A stretch of 64,000 bases of DNA from Flavobacteriaceae bacterium (GTDB lineage Bacteria > Bacteroidota > Bacteroidia > Flavobacteriales > Flavobacteriaceae), in contig CP121314.1 of assembly GCA_043557195.1 (NCBI GenBank), forward strand, positions 4,137,582-4,201,581. The letters run 5' to 3'. The notes beneath the pieces are model-generated. The model was not told the DNA's origin, made no database searches, and worked only from the letters and a program-made list of their open reading frames with translations. Positions 19,716 to 29,925 of this stretch are shown piece after piece (within the stretch, counting starts at the first letter, position 1; every line of letters starts with the position of its first letter). Both the position numbers and the translations under genes were made by a program.

Positions 19716-21269
19716 TTAACGTTTACCTCCCAAATATACACAATCTTTAAGATGTTGCATACCTTCAAAAGGTACTGGTGCTTTATTATACATATATGCT
19801 TTATCTAGTTCTTTTGATAAATTATGATCATCTACATTCATTTCTACATCAGTCATTTTAAACTGACAAGGATGCTCATAACCTGCTGCATGCGTAATTT
19901 CTATTAATTCTTTTCTAAAGGTCTTAAAGTATTGCGCCAAACGTACCGATTTTAAAGTTGGGTCAATACCATTTTGCAACCATTTACTTTGTGTTGCAAT
20001 ACCTGTCGGACAGCGATTGGTATGGCATATTTGAGCTTGTATACAACCAATACTTAACATAGCTTCACGCGCCACATTTATACAATCTACACCCATTGCA
20101 AATGCCATAGCTGCTTTTGCAGGAAAACCTAGTTTTCCACTACCAATAAACACCACACGATCGCATAAACCTTTAGATTTAAATAGTTTATAAACATCGG
20201 CAAACCCATAAACCCATGGTAAAGACACATGATCTGCAAAACTAGGTGGTGCAGCTCCAGTACCACCTTCACCACCATCAACAGTTATAAAATCGGGACC
20301 CTTTCCAGTTTTTATCATAATATCTGCTAGCTCTTCCCATTGTTCTAGTTTTCCAATGGCGGCTTTAATACCCACGGGCAGTCCTGTATTTTCAGCAATG
20401 GCTTCTATAAAACCTACCATTTCAGGCACAGATGAAAATGCTTTATGAGTAGGAGGAGAGAGTACAGTTTTACCAACTTCAACTCCACGTATTTCAGCTA
20501 TTTCTTTTGAAATCTTTTTTCCTGGAAGCACACCGCCTTTACCAGGTTTTGCACCTTGAGATAGTTTTACTTCAATAGCTCTAACGAAAGGATTATCTTC
20601 TACTAATTTCACCATCTTTTCCATTGAGAAACCACCATCTTTGGAGCGTACACCGAAATACCCTGTACCAAAGTGAAACATTACATCGCCACCATTACTA
20701 TGGTAAGGCGATAATCCTCCTTCACCTGTATTATGATAAGCATCTGCCATCGCAACACCTTTATTTAATGAGTCTACCGCTTTAGCAGAAAGTGAGCCAT
20801 AACTCATGGCAGACACATTAATTATAGAAGCAGGTCTATAAGGTCTTTTTCGCTTGTTGTATGCCCCAATAACTTTTGCACATGGTAAAAACGAATTGTC
20901 TATGGTATGTGGATGCCCTTCCTTTAGCCTAAAAGGCATCATAGCGTTATTTATAAAAATATGTTGGTGTGCATGTATATCTCTATCGGTTCCAAAACCT
21001 TCGTAGTTGTTTTCCTTTTTAGCAGAAGCATAAACCCAACCACGTTCAATACGGTTAAATGGTAATTCCTCCCTGTTATTAGCAACAAAATATTGACGCA
21101 TTTCCGGACCAATACTTTCTAACATATAACGAATATGCCCCACTAAAGGAAAATTATGAATAATAGTATGCTTTCTTTGAAAAATATCACGAAGTGCAAT
21201 CAAAAATAAAACGATGATAATCCACAACCACCAAGGCATATTTGACAATATATCTAAAACAGAATCCAT
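19716..21269 (-). CDS. FMN-binding glutamate synthase family protein (GltB domain-2-like oxidoreductase)
   Basis: N-terminal TM segment followed by a GltS FMN-domain pattern (GEGG, KLSQGAKPGKGG, DGGEGGTGAAP, CHTNRCPTGIATQ). Confidence 0.85.
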   Translation of the reverse strand: MDSVLDILSNMPWWLWIIIVLFLIALRDIFQRKHTIIHNFPLVGHIRYMLESIGPEMRQYFVANNREELPFNRIERGWVYASAKKENNYEGFGTDRDIHAHQHIFINNAMMPFRLKEGHPHTIDNSFLPCAKVIGAYNKRKRPYRPASIINVSAMSYGSLSAKAVDSLNKGVAMADAYHNTGEGGLSPYHSNGGDVMFHFGTGYFGVRSKDGGFSMEKMVKLVEDNPFVRAIEVKLSQGAKPGKGGVLPGKKISKEIAEIRGVEVGKTVLSPPTHKAFSSVPEMVGFIEAIAENTGLPVGIKAAIGKLEQWEELADIMIKTGKGPDFITVDGGEGGTGAAPPSFADHVSLPWVYGFADVYKLFKSKGLCDRVVFIGSGKLGFPAKAAMAFAMGVDCINVAREAMLSIGCIQAQICHTNRCPTGIATQSKWLQNGIDPTLKSVRLAQYFKTFRKELIEITHAAGYEHPCQFKMTDVEMNVDDHNLSKELDKAYMYNKAPVPFEGMQHLKDCVYLGGKR

Positions 21270-21399
21270 AGCAAGTATTTAAAAATAAGTCTAAATATAT
21301 TCAAAAATTAATTAAAATGAATTGTTTATAATTATTGATAATTCAAGCCAAATATGCCATAAACATTGGTTATTTTCACATGTTGAAAAAGAGGAAAAT

Positions 21400-23751
21400 T
21401 TGAAAGACTATTTAGATCAATTAAACAGCGCGCAATTAGAGCCTACCATACAAATTGAAGGCCCAATGATAGTAATTGCCGGTGCTGGTTCTGGGAAAAC
21501 TCGCGTGCTTACATACCGTATTGCTTACATGATGAGTAAAGGTATTGATCCGTTTAATATTTTGTCGCTGACCTTTACCAATAAGGCTGCTCGTGAAATG
21601 AAAGAGCGTATTGCATCCATAGTTGGTGCAAGCGAAGCAAAAAATATATGGATGGGAACATTCCATTCCGTTTTTGCCAAAATTTTACGTATTGAAGCCG
21701 ATAGATTGGGCTACCCAAGTAATTTTACTATTTACGATACTCAAGATTCGGATAGATTGATTGCTTCAATCATCAAGGAAATGAGTTTGGATAAGGATAT
21801 TTACAAATACAAACAGATTCGTTCTCGCATTTCTTCATATAAAAATAGTTTGATTACAGTTAGAGCTTACTTTCAAAATCCTGAATTGATTGAAGCCGAT
21901 GCTATGGCACGTCGCCCTAGAATGGGAGACATCTATAAGGAATATGTAGAGCGGTGTTTTAAGGCTGGCGCCATGGATTTTGATGATTTATTATTAAAAA
22001 CTAATGAGCTTTTAACACGTTATCCTGAGGTTTTGGCTAAATATCAAAACCGTTTTAAATACATTTTGGTCGATGAGTATCAAGACACCAACCATTCACA
22101 ATATTTAATTGTGAGGGCGTTGTCAGACAAGTTTCAAAATATATGTGTTGTGGGTGATGATGCGCAGAGTATTTATGCGTTCCGCGGCGCCAACATCAAT
22201 AACATCTTGAATTTTCAAAAGGATTATGATGATGTAAAAGTATTTCGATTAGAGCAGAATTACCGATCTACAAAGAATATTGTAAATGCTGCAAATTCTA
22301 TTATTGATAAAAACCAAACGAAGCTTGATAAAATTGTTTGGACTGCGAATGATGAGGGGGCAAAAATAAAAGTTAATCGCTCTTTAACCGATGGTGATGA
22401 AGGGCGTTATGTGGCGAGTACAATTTTTGAAACCAAAATGGAAGCGCATGTCCCGAATAGTGATTTTGCCGTATTGTATCGAACAAATGCACAATCACGT
22501 GCTATTGAAGATGCATTACGTAAACGCGACATTAAATATCGTATTTACGGTGGCTTATCATTTTATCAACGTAAGGAAATAAAAGATGTGTTATCATATT
22601 TACGATTAGTTATTAATCCTGCGGATGAAGAAGCTTTAAAACGCGTTATAAATTTCCCACCTCGTGGTATTGGACAAACTACGGTTGATAAACTTGTGGT
22701 AGCTGCCAACGGTTATGGAAAACCTATTTTTGATGTGATTAAAAACCTAGATAAGATTGATATCAAAATCAATTCAGGCACAAAAGCTAAGCTTGAAAAT
22801 TTCTCGACATTAATTGAGAGTTATCAAGTAATGAATCAAACTGCTGACGTTTTTGAACTTGCAGAACATGTAACTAGAAGTAGCGGTTTAATTAGAGAAT
22901 TTAATAAAGATGGTACACCTGAAGGTGTTGCCAGAATGGAAAATATTGAGGAGCTCCTTAATGGTATGAAAGATTTTGTGGAAGGACAAAGAGAACTTGC
23001 CGATGCTACTGGTTCTTTAGCAGAATTTTTAGAAGATGTGGCCTTGGCTACAGATTTAGATAGTGATAAAGGTGATAGCGACCATGTGGCCCTTATGACG
23101 ATTCACCTAGCAAAAGGATTGGAGTTTCCTTATGTATTTATTGTTGGATTGGAAGAAGATTTATTCCCAAGCGCGATGAGTATGAATACCCGAAGCGAAC
23201 TAGAGGAAGAGCGAAGGCTGTTTTATGTAGCATTAACACGAGCCGAAAAGCAAGCCTATTTAACTTATGCTTTGTCTCGATACCGCTGGGGGAAACTTAT
23301 TGATGCAGAACCAAGTAGGTTTATTGAAGAAATTGATGAACAATATTTGGATATAGTAACACCAATTGAAGAACGCCGCTATAACCCAATGCTTGATGCG
23401 AGTATTTTTGGAGATGTTGAACCCAATAAAACGGCTTCTCCAAATAAAATTCGGTATAAACCAGCAAAACAGTTTCAACCTAAAAAAGGGTCAGCTAAAA
23501 AAGAACCAGAAAAATTTCAAGTTTCAACTCCCAAAAACTTAAAACCTGTTTCTAAAAGCAGTAATGGTACTGCAAATTTGTTTGATAGTAAATTAGCTGT
23601 CGGTAATATTGTAAAACACATTCGCTTTGGGAAAGGTGAGGTACTTAAAATAGAAGGTAAAGGTGCAGATACCAAAGCCGAAATTAAGTTTGAAACAGGT
23701 GGGAATAAAAAGTTGTTGTTACGATTTGCTAAGTTGGAGGTGATTGGGTAG
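21400..23751 (+). CDS. UvrD/PcrA/Rep-family ATP-dependent DNA helicase
   Basis: AGAGSGKT Walker A, VDEYQDTN, QNYRS, and C-terminal helicase motifs. The start is uncertain: the ORF opens at 21322, while the in-frame TTG at 21400 gives the usual N-terminus (LKDYLDQLNSAQ). Confidence 0.85.
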   Translation: MKDYLDQLNSAQLEPTIQIEGPMIVIAGAGSGKTRVLTYRIAYMMSKGIDPFNILSLTFTNKAAREMKERIASIVGASEAKNIWMGTFHSVFAKILRIEADRLGYPSNFTIYDTQDSDRLIASIIKEMSLDKDIYKYKQIRSRISSYKNSLITVRAYFQNPELIEADAMARRPRMGDIYKEYVERCFKAGAMDFDDLLLKTNELLTRYPEVLAKYQNRFKYILVDEYQDTNHSQYLIVRALSDKFQNICVVGDDAQSIYAFRGANINNILNFQKDYDDVKVFRLEQNYRSTKNIVNAANSIIDKNQTKLDKIVWTANDEGAKIKVNRSLTDGDEGRYVASTIFETKMEAHVPNSDFAVLYRTNAQSRAIEDALRKRDIKYRIYGGLSFYQRKEIKDVLSYLRLVINPADEEALKRVINFPPRGIGQTTVDKLVVAANGYGKPIFDVIKNLDKIDIKINSGTKAKLENFSTLIESYQVMNQTADVFELAEHVTRSSGLIREFNKDGTPEGVARMENIEELLNGMKDFVEGQRELADATGSLAEFLEDVALATDLDSDKGDSDHVALMTIHLAKGLEFPYVFIVGLEEDLFPSAMSMNTRSELEEERRLFYVALTRAEKQAYLTYALSRYRWGKLIDAEPSRFIEEIDEQYLDIVTPIEERRYNPMLDASIFGDVEPNKTASPNKIRYKPAKQFQPKKGSAKKEPEKFQVSTPKNLKPVSKSSNGTANLFDSKLAVGNIVKHIRFGKGEVLKIEGKGADTKAEIKFETGGNKKLLLRFAKLEVIG

Positions 23752-23754
23752 TCG

Positions 23755-24723
23755 CTACTTCACCATATAAACCGAATTAATATGCCCCTCGCCATCATAT
23801 TCCCTAACAGGGTTATCAGGATCGGTTAGCCATTTGCCATCTACAATAAATTTATAATGATGTTTACCACCAGATAATGGAAGCGAATACACCCAACCAT
23901 CGGCTGTTCTTTCCATCTTTAAGTCATGCTCGTTCCAATTATTAAACGAACCTGCTAATATCACTTCTCTTGCCTCAGGATAACCCACTAAAGCAAAAGT
24001 GGTATATTCTTGAATATCTAAAACAGAATTGTATTCATTATATTCATTAGGTGTTTTACTTGGGTTATGTGGGTCTTCCATCCAATTACCATCCACAATA
24101 AAGCGATATTGGTATACATCTGGTTTCATCTGCAATGTCAATTCCCACCCATAATCTGTTTTATTCATTTTAAACACATGCTCATTCCACTTGTTGAACG
24201 AACCCGCTAGAATCACTTCTTTAGCATTCTTAAACCCTTTTAACTTAAACGTTGCATTACCATTTTCAGAAGGATACGCAGTATACATTTTTAGATTATA
24301 TACACCTCGTATCTTTTTTCCATTCTTGATAGCTTTAGCCACATTGCCATCGTTCCGTGAAGGTTCTGCCCAATAGGCATCATTTACGACAAATTTAAAT
24401 TCCCAAGCAAACGCATCATTAAAATCAGCAACACTCTTTTTAAGTTCATAAATATACTTGTCAACCTTTTGCATTTTCCACCCCTCACGAGACCAGAGGT
24501 TAAACTCTCCAGAAACAGCTACACGATGTATATCAAAATCACCAAATTCTAAACGTTGTCCCGTATGTTCTTTCGTAAACTTAGAATAATCTCTAACATC
24601 AAATCGAAATGTAACCGAATCATTCTCAATTTTATAACCTTTGAATGTTTCTTTTTGAGCAAAAACATTCAAACTTATAAAAGTGAAAATTACTAGAACA
24701 ATATGTGTTTTCAATAGTTTCAT
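23755..24723 (-). CDS. Secreted protein with three CBM48/AMPK-beta-type glycogen-binding (E-set) domains
   Basis: Signal peptide, then three repeats of the V.(L/V)(A/S)G.FN.W......M........W......L..G...Y(K/R)F(I/V)VDG.W..DP.NP pattern. Confidence 0.65.
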   Translation of the reverse strand: MKLLKTHIVLVIFTFISLNVFAQKETFKGYKIENDSVTFRFDVRDYSKFTKEHTGQRLEFGDFDIHRVAVSGEFNLWSREGWKMQKVDKYIYELKKSVADFNDAFAWEFKFVVNDAYWAEPSRNDGNVAKAIKNGKKIRGVYNLKMYTAYPSENGNATFKLKGFKNAKEVILAGSFNKWNEHVFKMNKTDYGWELTLQMKPDVYQYRFIVDGNWMEDPHNPSKTPNEYNEYNSVLDIQEYTTFALVGYPEAREVILAGSFNNWNEHDLKMERTADGWVYSLPLSGGKHHYKFIVDGKWLTDPDNPVREYDGEGHINSVYMVK

Positions 24724-25685
24724 TTAGTATTCAACGGGTAATCTATAAAATATAATTTTTCTTTCTTATAATTAATAATAGTACGCTTTTGAGCAAAAAA
24801 TTCATAACCCAAAATACCATCCAATTGTACACCAAAGGCTTCATTCATCTGGTTTAAATTAGTTAAAACCGTATACATTGGGCCAAAATAAATATTATCA
24901 TTCAATTTTACACGATGTAATTTCCCTGCCAGAACTCGAATTGTTTTTCCGCTTGCGCCATCTAATTTTAATCGTTTTTTAGGGATAAAATATCGTAATG
25001 CTTTTTTATTTACACTCTTATTTATCTGATTAAACTCTGCTGCAGAATCTATGCCTAATCTTACTTTTTGATTATTGATGAAGCCATTAACTACTATGGT
25101 ATGCTTTTTTAGTTTGAAATCTATACTATCTACTATTTTTTCGAGATATACCTTATCATTTAAAGGCGCACCTGTTTTATCAACTTTAGTTAAGGTTATT
25201 TGATTTAAATGTAAATCAACAAAAATCTCATAATCTTTTAAGATACTATACCCAATGATGCCTAGGAGTTTTATTTTTTTGCTTTTCTCAATGTGTGATA
25301 AATTAATGACGTCTGATACTTTATTATGAAGTTTGAAGCCATTCAAGTTAAACTCATCAATTTGCTTTTCAAAAGAATTATCTAAAGCCGCATTTACTCC
25401 TGAAGTACTTGTTTGCTTCTTTTGGAAGGCATAAAGATTATCAAAATGAACACTGTTAAGTATTAGTGCTTCAGAACCTGTGTCAATTATAAAATTCCCT
25501 TTAATGTCTTTTAACTCAGCTTCAACAACAATTAAATGATCCACCAATTTAAAGGGGATACGCGTAGTATATTGATTTAAAACTTCTGCATTTGGAAAAA
25601 CAATTGGAGGAGTGGCTTTAGTATTTGCATTTGCAGAATAAATACATACTAGAAAAAAGAATACGATGTGCCAAAGCCTTTTCAT
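24720..25685 (-). CDS. Retropepsin-like aspartyl protease family protein, secreted
   Basis: Signal peptide. IIDTGSEALIL and GIDSAAEF are DTG/DSA-type motifs in two lobes. There is a 4-nt overlap with the downstream gene. Confidence 0.55.
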   Translation of the reverse strand: MKRLWHIVFFFLVCIYSANANTKATPPIVFPNAEVLNQYTTRIPFKLVDHLIVVEAELKDIKGNFIIDTGSEALILNSVHFDNLYAFQKKQTSTSGVNAALDNSFEKQIDEFNLNGFKLHNKVSDVINLSHIEKSKKIKLLGIIGYSILKDYEIFVDLHLNQITLTKVDKTGAPLNDKVYLEKIVDSIDFKLKKHTIVVNGFINNQKVRLGIDSAAEFNQINKSVNKKALRYFIPKKRLKLDGASGKTIRVLAGKLHRVKLNDNIYFGPMYTVLTNLNQMNEAFGVQLDGILGYEFFAQKRTIINYKKEKLYFIDYPLNTK

Positions 25686-25727
25686 ATAATAAAGACTACC
25701 AGAAAGTTAAAATGTTACATTATAATA

Positions 25728-26597
25728 CTATAAATGTGTTTCAATAAATGCTTTTAGCTTATTCCAAGTATCTAAAAGTTCTAATCCTACCCAACCGTGA
25801 CCTGCATTTTCATATAAAGTGAACTGATGAGTAATATTCAACGATTGTAATTTATCTCGTAAATCTGTGCCTTGGGTTGTTGGGATTAAGGGATCTTGTC
25901 CGCCATAAAATAAAACAGTTGGTGGCGCACTTGTAGTAACCTGATGAAACGGACTTACCTCTTGCAGAAAGTTTGTTGAAGGTTCAATTCCAAAAACGTC
26001 TATTAAGTTTTGCAATACGGGGTCAGTATTGTTCAAATACGCGGGGTCAGTAAAATTAGTAGGCCCCACAATGCTGCAAACCATATCTACTTTTGCATTA
26101 TCATCAAAAGCATAACTCCATAAAAGCGATAAATGTGCGCCTGCGCTGGTGCCGATAAACCCTATATCTTCAGAAATTGAATATTTACTTTTATTCTCTT
26201 TTAAAAAATTTACAACGCTTGTAATATCTTCAATCTGCATTGGATATGGTGGATTATCAGCGTCAGCCAATCGATAATTCATATTTACAACAGCAATATC
26301 CGTAAGTTCTTGTGTTACTAATAATTTAATAGCATCCATATCGGCTTTACTACCAGAAGTCCAACCTCCACCATGAATCAATATTACAGTTTTTGTAGCC
26401 AATGTTCTATTTGCTGGAAGGTATAAATCAAATTTTTGACGGTCCGCTGTTCCATAAGGTATATTAAGTTCTTCATAAATTTTACTCGTGTCTAGAGTAT
26501 CATTTGAAATTTCAGGACTATCAGCAGATTCATTAGAGCAAGAGGTGTTTATACCCACAAACAAAATACTAACAAAAAGCAACTTTAATATTTTCAT
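25728..26597 (-). CDS. Alpha/beta hydrolase (esterase/lipase-type) lipoprotein
   Basis: Lipobox (INTSC), HGGGW oxyanion motif, GTSAGAH nucleophile elbow, and C-terminal GHGW. Confidence 0.8.
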   Translation of the reverse strand: MKILKLLFVSILFVGINTSCSNESADSPEISNDTLDTSKIYEELNIPYGTADRQKFDLYLPANRTLATKTVILIHGGGWTSGSKADMDAIKLLVTQELTDIAVVNMNYRLADADNPPYPMQIEDITSVVNFLKENKSKYSISEDIGFIGTSAGAHLSLLWSYAFDDNAKVDMVCSIVGPTNFTDPAYLNNTDPVLQNLIDVFGIEPSTNFLQEVSPFHQVTTSAPPTVLFYGGQDPLIPTTQGTDLRDKLQSLNITHQFTLYENAGHGWVGLELLDTWNKLKAFIETHL

Positions 26598-26644
26598 GAC
26601 ATTTTTTTTAATTACTTTGTAAACGTTGGCACAAGATAAATATT

Positions 26645-27265
26645 ATGGCGGAGTTTATCAGAATATATGAAGAGAACCCTAATCCGAAAGAGATTGATAG
26701 GGTGGTGAAGGTGCTTAAAAAAGGCGGCCTTATTATTTATCCAACCGATACTGTTTATGGCTTAGGTTGCGACATCACCAATCTTAGAGCTTTAGAAAAA
26801 GTAGCCCGAATAAAAGGTGTAAAGCTCGAAAAATCCAACTTTTCCTTTGTTTGCCATGATTTAAGCAACCTAAGTGACTATGTGAAACAAATAGACACAT
26901 CTACCTTTAAAATACTTAAACGGGCCCTTCCTGGAGCATACACGTTTATACTTCCGGGTTCTAAGTCCTTGCCAAATCCGTTTAAAAAACGAAAAACAGT
27001 GGGTATTAGGGTGCCAGATAACAATATCGCTTTAGAGATAGTAAAACAATTGGGCAATCCTATTATATCAACATCTATTCATGACGAAGATGAAATCTTA
27101 GAGTATACCACCGATCCTGAATTAATTCTCGAAAAATGGGATAATCTTGTAGATTTGGTTATTGATGGTGGTTATGGCGATAACGAACCGTCTACCGTAA
27201 TAGATTTATCTGAAGACGCACCAACAGTTATTAGAGAAGGTAAGGGGAGTTTAGAAATTTTTTAA
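26645..27265 (+). CDS. tsaC: L-threonylcarbamoyladenylate synthase (YrdC/TsaC family)
   Basis: 206 aa with the YrdC-domain pattern (IIYPTDTVYGLGCD, GIRVPDN, STVID..., IREG). Confidence 0.8.
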   Translation: MAEFIRIYEENPNPKEIDRVVKVLKKGGLIIYPTDTVYGLGCDITNLRALEKVARIKGVKLEKSNFSFVCHDLSNLSDYVKQIDTSTFKILKRALPGAYTFILPGSKSLPNPFKKRKTVGIRVPDNNIALEIVKQLGNPIISTSIHDEDEILEYTTDPELILEKWDNLVDLVIDGGYGDNEPSTVIDLSEDAPTVIREGKGSLEIF

Positions 27266-27278
27266 ATTGTTTATTTTT

Positions 27279-27367
27279 GGGCGCTACCCAACCAGGGTCG
27301 GGCTTTCCGCTAATAGTTTTGGCTCGATGCACGCCTCGCCAAAAGCTGCCGCTGCAATCCCTAGCGC
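27279..27367 (+). repeat. Intergenic repeat element, copy C
   Basis: GGGCGCTACCCAACCAGGGTCGGGCTTTCCGC...TTTTGGC/GCCAAAA internal hairpin...GCTGCAATCCCTAGCGC. Confidence 0.65.
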
Positions 27368-27423
27368 AATTACCGCTATAACTTTGATACCAAGGGCAAT
27401 TTTTCAGACAACGTATTAAATCA

Positions 27424-27457
27424 AAATAAAAAAGCCCAATCAGTTAGATTGAGCTTT
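27424..27457 (-). terminator. Rho-independent terminator after the OmpA-family gene
   Basis: On the minus strand: AAAGCTCAATCT-aact-GATTGGGCTTT (one mismatch) followed by a T run. Confidence 0.55.
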
Positions 27458-27482
27458 TAAATATATTTTGAAAAAACTGTTA

Positions 27483-28322
27483 TTAGTTACCTCCAGCTTC
27501 AAGGTTTTTCATTTCCTTTTCAACTAAATCATAGAACTGATCTAATTTTGGAAGCACTACAATTCTGGTACGTCTGTTTGTTGCTCTGTTTTCAGCAGTG
27601 TCATTATCAACCAAAGGTACATAAGAACTACGTCCTGCAGCTATTAAACGTCCTGGGTTAACTTCTAATTCTTCTAACACACGAATAATTGATGTCGCAC
27701 GCTTTACACTTAAATCCCAGTTGTCAATTAAAACACCACTTGAATAAGATCTACTATCTGTATGTCCTTCAACCATACATTCAAAATCAGGCTTCGCGTT
27801 TACAACTTTAGCAACTTTAGCTAATACTTCCTTAGCTTTTGTTGTTACGTTATAACTACCACTTTTAAATAATAATTTATCTGATATAGAGATGAATACA
27901 ACACCTTTTTCAACATTTACTTCAATATCAGGATCATTAATTCCAACTTCACGCTTAAAGCTAGTCACTAAAGCAAGTGTAACACTATCCTTTTGAGTTA
28001 GAGCGTCTTGCAAGCGTGTAATTTTTAAATCCTTTTCTTTAAGGCTTTCTAACGTTTTCTCAACGTTACTAGCACCTTTAGCAGAAATTATTCCAAGATT
28101 ATCATTAGCTTCTTTTAAATCTTTAACTCTTTCTTCTAAAACAGATACTTTAGCTGTTGCAGAAGCTCTTTCTTCCAAACATGAGTTTAATTTTACTGTT
28201 GCAGAATTTAATAAATCTTGTGTTTCTTTTTGCTTTTCCTCTAATGCTAAAAATTCTTTTTTAGACACACAAGAACTCAATACAAATAGCATTGATAAGC
28301 TAAGTAGTAATACTTTTTTCAT
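27483..28322 (-). CDS. OmpA/MotB-family lipoprotein with coiled-coil N-terminal half
   Basis: Lipobox (LSSC) and a heptad-rich region. The C-terminal OmpA-like peptidoglycan-binding motif reads GHTDS...N..LS..RA......L.......GRS...P......ENR..NRRTRIV. Confidence 0.8.
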   Translation of the reverse strand: MKKVLLLSLSMLFVLSSCVSKKEFLALEEKQKETQDLLNSATVKLNSCLEERASATAKVSVLEERVKDLKEANDNLGIISAKGASNVEKTLESLKEKDLKITRLQDALTQKDSVTLALVTSFKREVGINDPDIEVNVEKGVVFISISDKLLFKSGSYNVTTKAKEVLAKVAKVVNAKPDFECMVEGHTDSRSYSSGVLIDNWDLSVKRATSIIRVLEELEVNPGRLIAAGRSSYVPLVDNDTAENRATNRRTRIVVLPKLDQFYDLVEKEMKNLEAGGN

Positions 28323-28430
28323 AATTAATAATATAGGTTTTTCGGATTAAATAATTGCTAATTGATTTCGACAAAAGTATATAAAAAACGGATGAATTAA
28401 GAACTGTTAACAAAACTTTTACTAACCGAG

Positions 28431-29420
28431 TTATAAACTTTTGTAATACCTTTTTCTATTTACGAAATAATGCCAAACTATGGATGTTTTTTGATAGTGT
28501 TTTATTTTGCTTTTGGCCTCTTTTCTTTTCTTAAGAAACTCAGGAAGATATTTATAAAAACTAAAGTGTGCTTTTAGTATTGCCAAGAAATGGGCAAATT
28601 TAAATTCAAACAAAAACTTTATTCCAGCGATACCATCTAAAACTAACCTAGTAAAAACTAAGAGAAATATATTCCCTTGCGCATTTTTAACCAAAGTAAA
28701 CAGGCTATTTCTAAAGTTCAAAAATGTTTTTCTAGGATTGCTATTGCTTAGGGTGGCACCACCAACATGATATACAGAGGAGTTACCATTGTAAAGAACT
28801 TGATGCCCTTTGTTTTTAGCACGCCAGCATAAATCTATTTCTTCCATGTGTGCAAAAAACAATTCGTCAAAACCATTCAGGTCATTATAAACCTTACTTC
28901 TTATAAACAAACAAGCGCCAGACGCCCAAAAAATAGATGCTTCATCATCAAACTGTCCATTATCTTTTTCTACAGTGTTAAAAATTCTGCCCCTACAATA
29001 AGGATATCCAAACTTGTCAATAAATCCGCCTGCAGCTCCTGCATATTCAAAAAACTTCCTTTGCTTGTAGTCTAAAAGTTTAGGTTGTATTATGGCAACT
29101 TGTGGATTGCTTTCAAAACTTTTTTTAATAGGTAACAACCAATCTTTAGTAACTTCAACATCACTATTTAAAAGGCAAAAAATATCAGCATCTACATGCT
29201 GTAAGGCATCATTATAGCCTTTAGCAAAACCGCCATTGCTTTTATTTTTAATAATTTTAATATCTGGAAAAGTAGAGTTTAAAAAAGGGATAGAATCATC
29301 GGTTGAAGCATTGTCTGCCACATAAATATCCGCGTCTTTAGAATATCTAATAACAGAAGGTAAAAACTGCTCTAAAAGCGCTTTTCCATTCCAATTTAAT
29401 ATAACAACAGCAATTTTCAT
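28431..29420 (-). CDS. Family 2 glycosyltransferase
   Basis: N-terminal VVILNWNG, DNASTD, GFAKGYN, and NSD/DxD-like motifs. Confidence 0.8.
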   Translation of the reverse strand: MKIAVVILNWNGKALLEQFLPSVIRYSKDADIYVADNASTDDSIPFLNSTFPDIKIIKNKSNGGFAKGYNDALQHVDADIFCLLNSDVEVTKDWLLPIKKSFESNPQVAIIQPKLLDYKQRKFFEYAGAAGGFIDKFGYPYCRGRIFNTVEKDNGQFDDEASIFWASGACLFIRSKVYNDLNGFDELFFAHMEEIDLCWRAKNKGHQVLYNGNSSVYHVGGATLSNSNPRKTFLNFRNSLFTLVKNAQGNIFLLVFTRLVLDGIAGIKFLFEFKFAHFLAILKAHFSFYKYLPEFLKKRKEAKSKIKHYQKTSIVWHYFVNRKRYYKSL

Positions 29421-29863
29421 CTTCTATACTCAGGAATATCTTTTAAAAATTGATATTTTTCATTTTCGAAATCCATCTGACAATAATAGTGATTTAATCC
29501 GTTAGTCACCATTAAGTAGTCTGCATTAAGTGCTAAATTATAGCGTGCAACTTGGTCAAAAACCTTTTGATTAATTTCAATTTTGGGAGCTTTACATTCT
29601 ATAATAAGATGTATATCGCCATTTGGTTTAAACACAATTATATCGTAGCGTTTGCTTAAACCATGCACCTTTAATTCCTTTTCAACATTAATTAATGATT
29701 TTGGATATTTTTTTTCATCAACTAAAAAATGAACACAATTTTGGCGTACCCATTCTTCAGGTTGTAACACCACAAACTTTTTACGAATGATGTCAAAAAT
29801 TAGAACTTTATTTTCGCTATTTTTGAATCGAAATTGATATGTTGGGAAATTCAATTTATGCAC
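29417..29863 (-). CDS. Type I restriction enzyme HsdR N-terminal-domain-like (PD-(D/E)xK fold) protein
   Basis: 148 aa with the pattern E..VRQ........Y.........E......R.DI(I/V)....G......IEcK. There is a 4-nt overlap with the GT2 gene. Confidence 0.55.
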   Translation of the reverse strand: MHKLNFPTYQFRFKNSENKVLIFDIIRKKFVVLQPEEWVRQNCVHFLVDEKKYPKSLINVEKELKVHGLSKRYDIIVFKPNGDIHLIIECKAPKIEINQKVFDQVARYNLALNADYLMVTNGLNHYYCQMDFENEKYQFLKDIPEYRR

Positions 29864-29925
29864 CTCACAAATGTATTATTATAATAGCATTTTAGGTAGG
29901 TTTCCCTAAAAATTTTCTTTAGACT

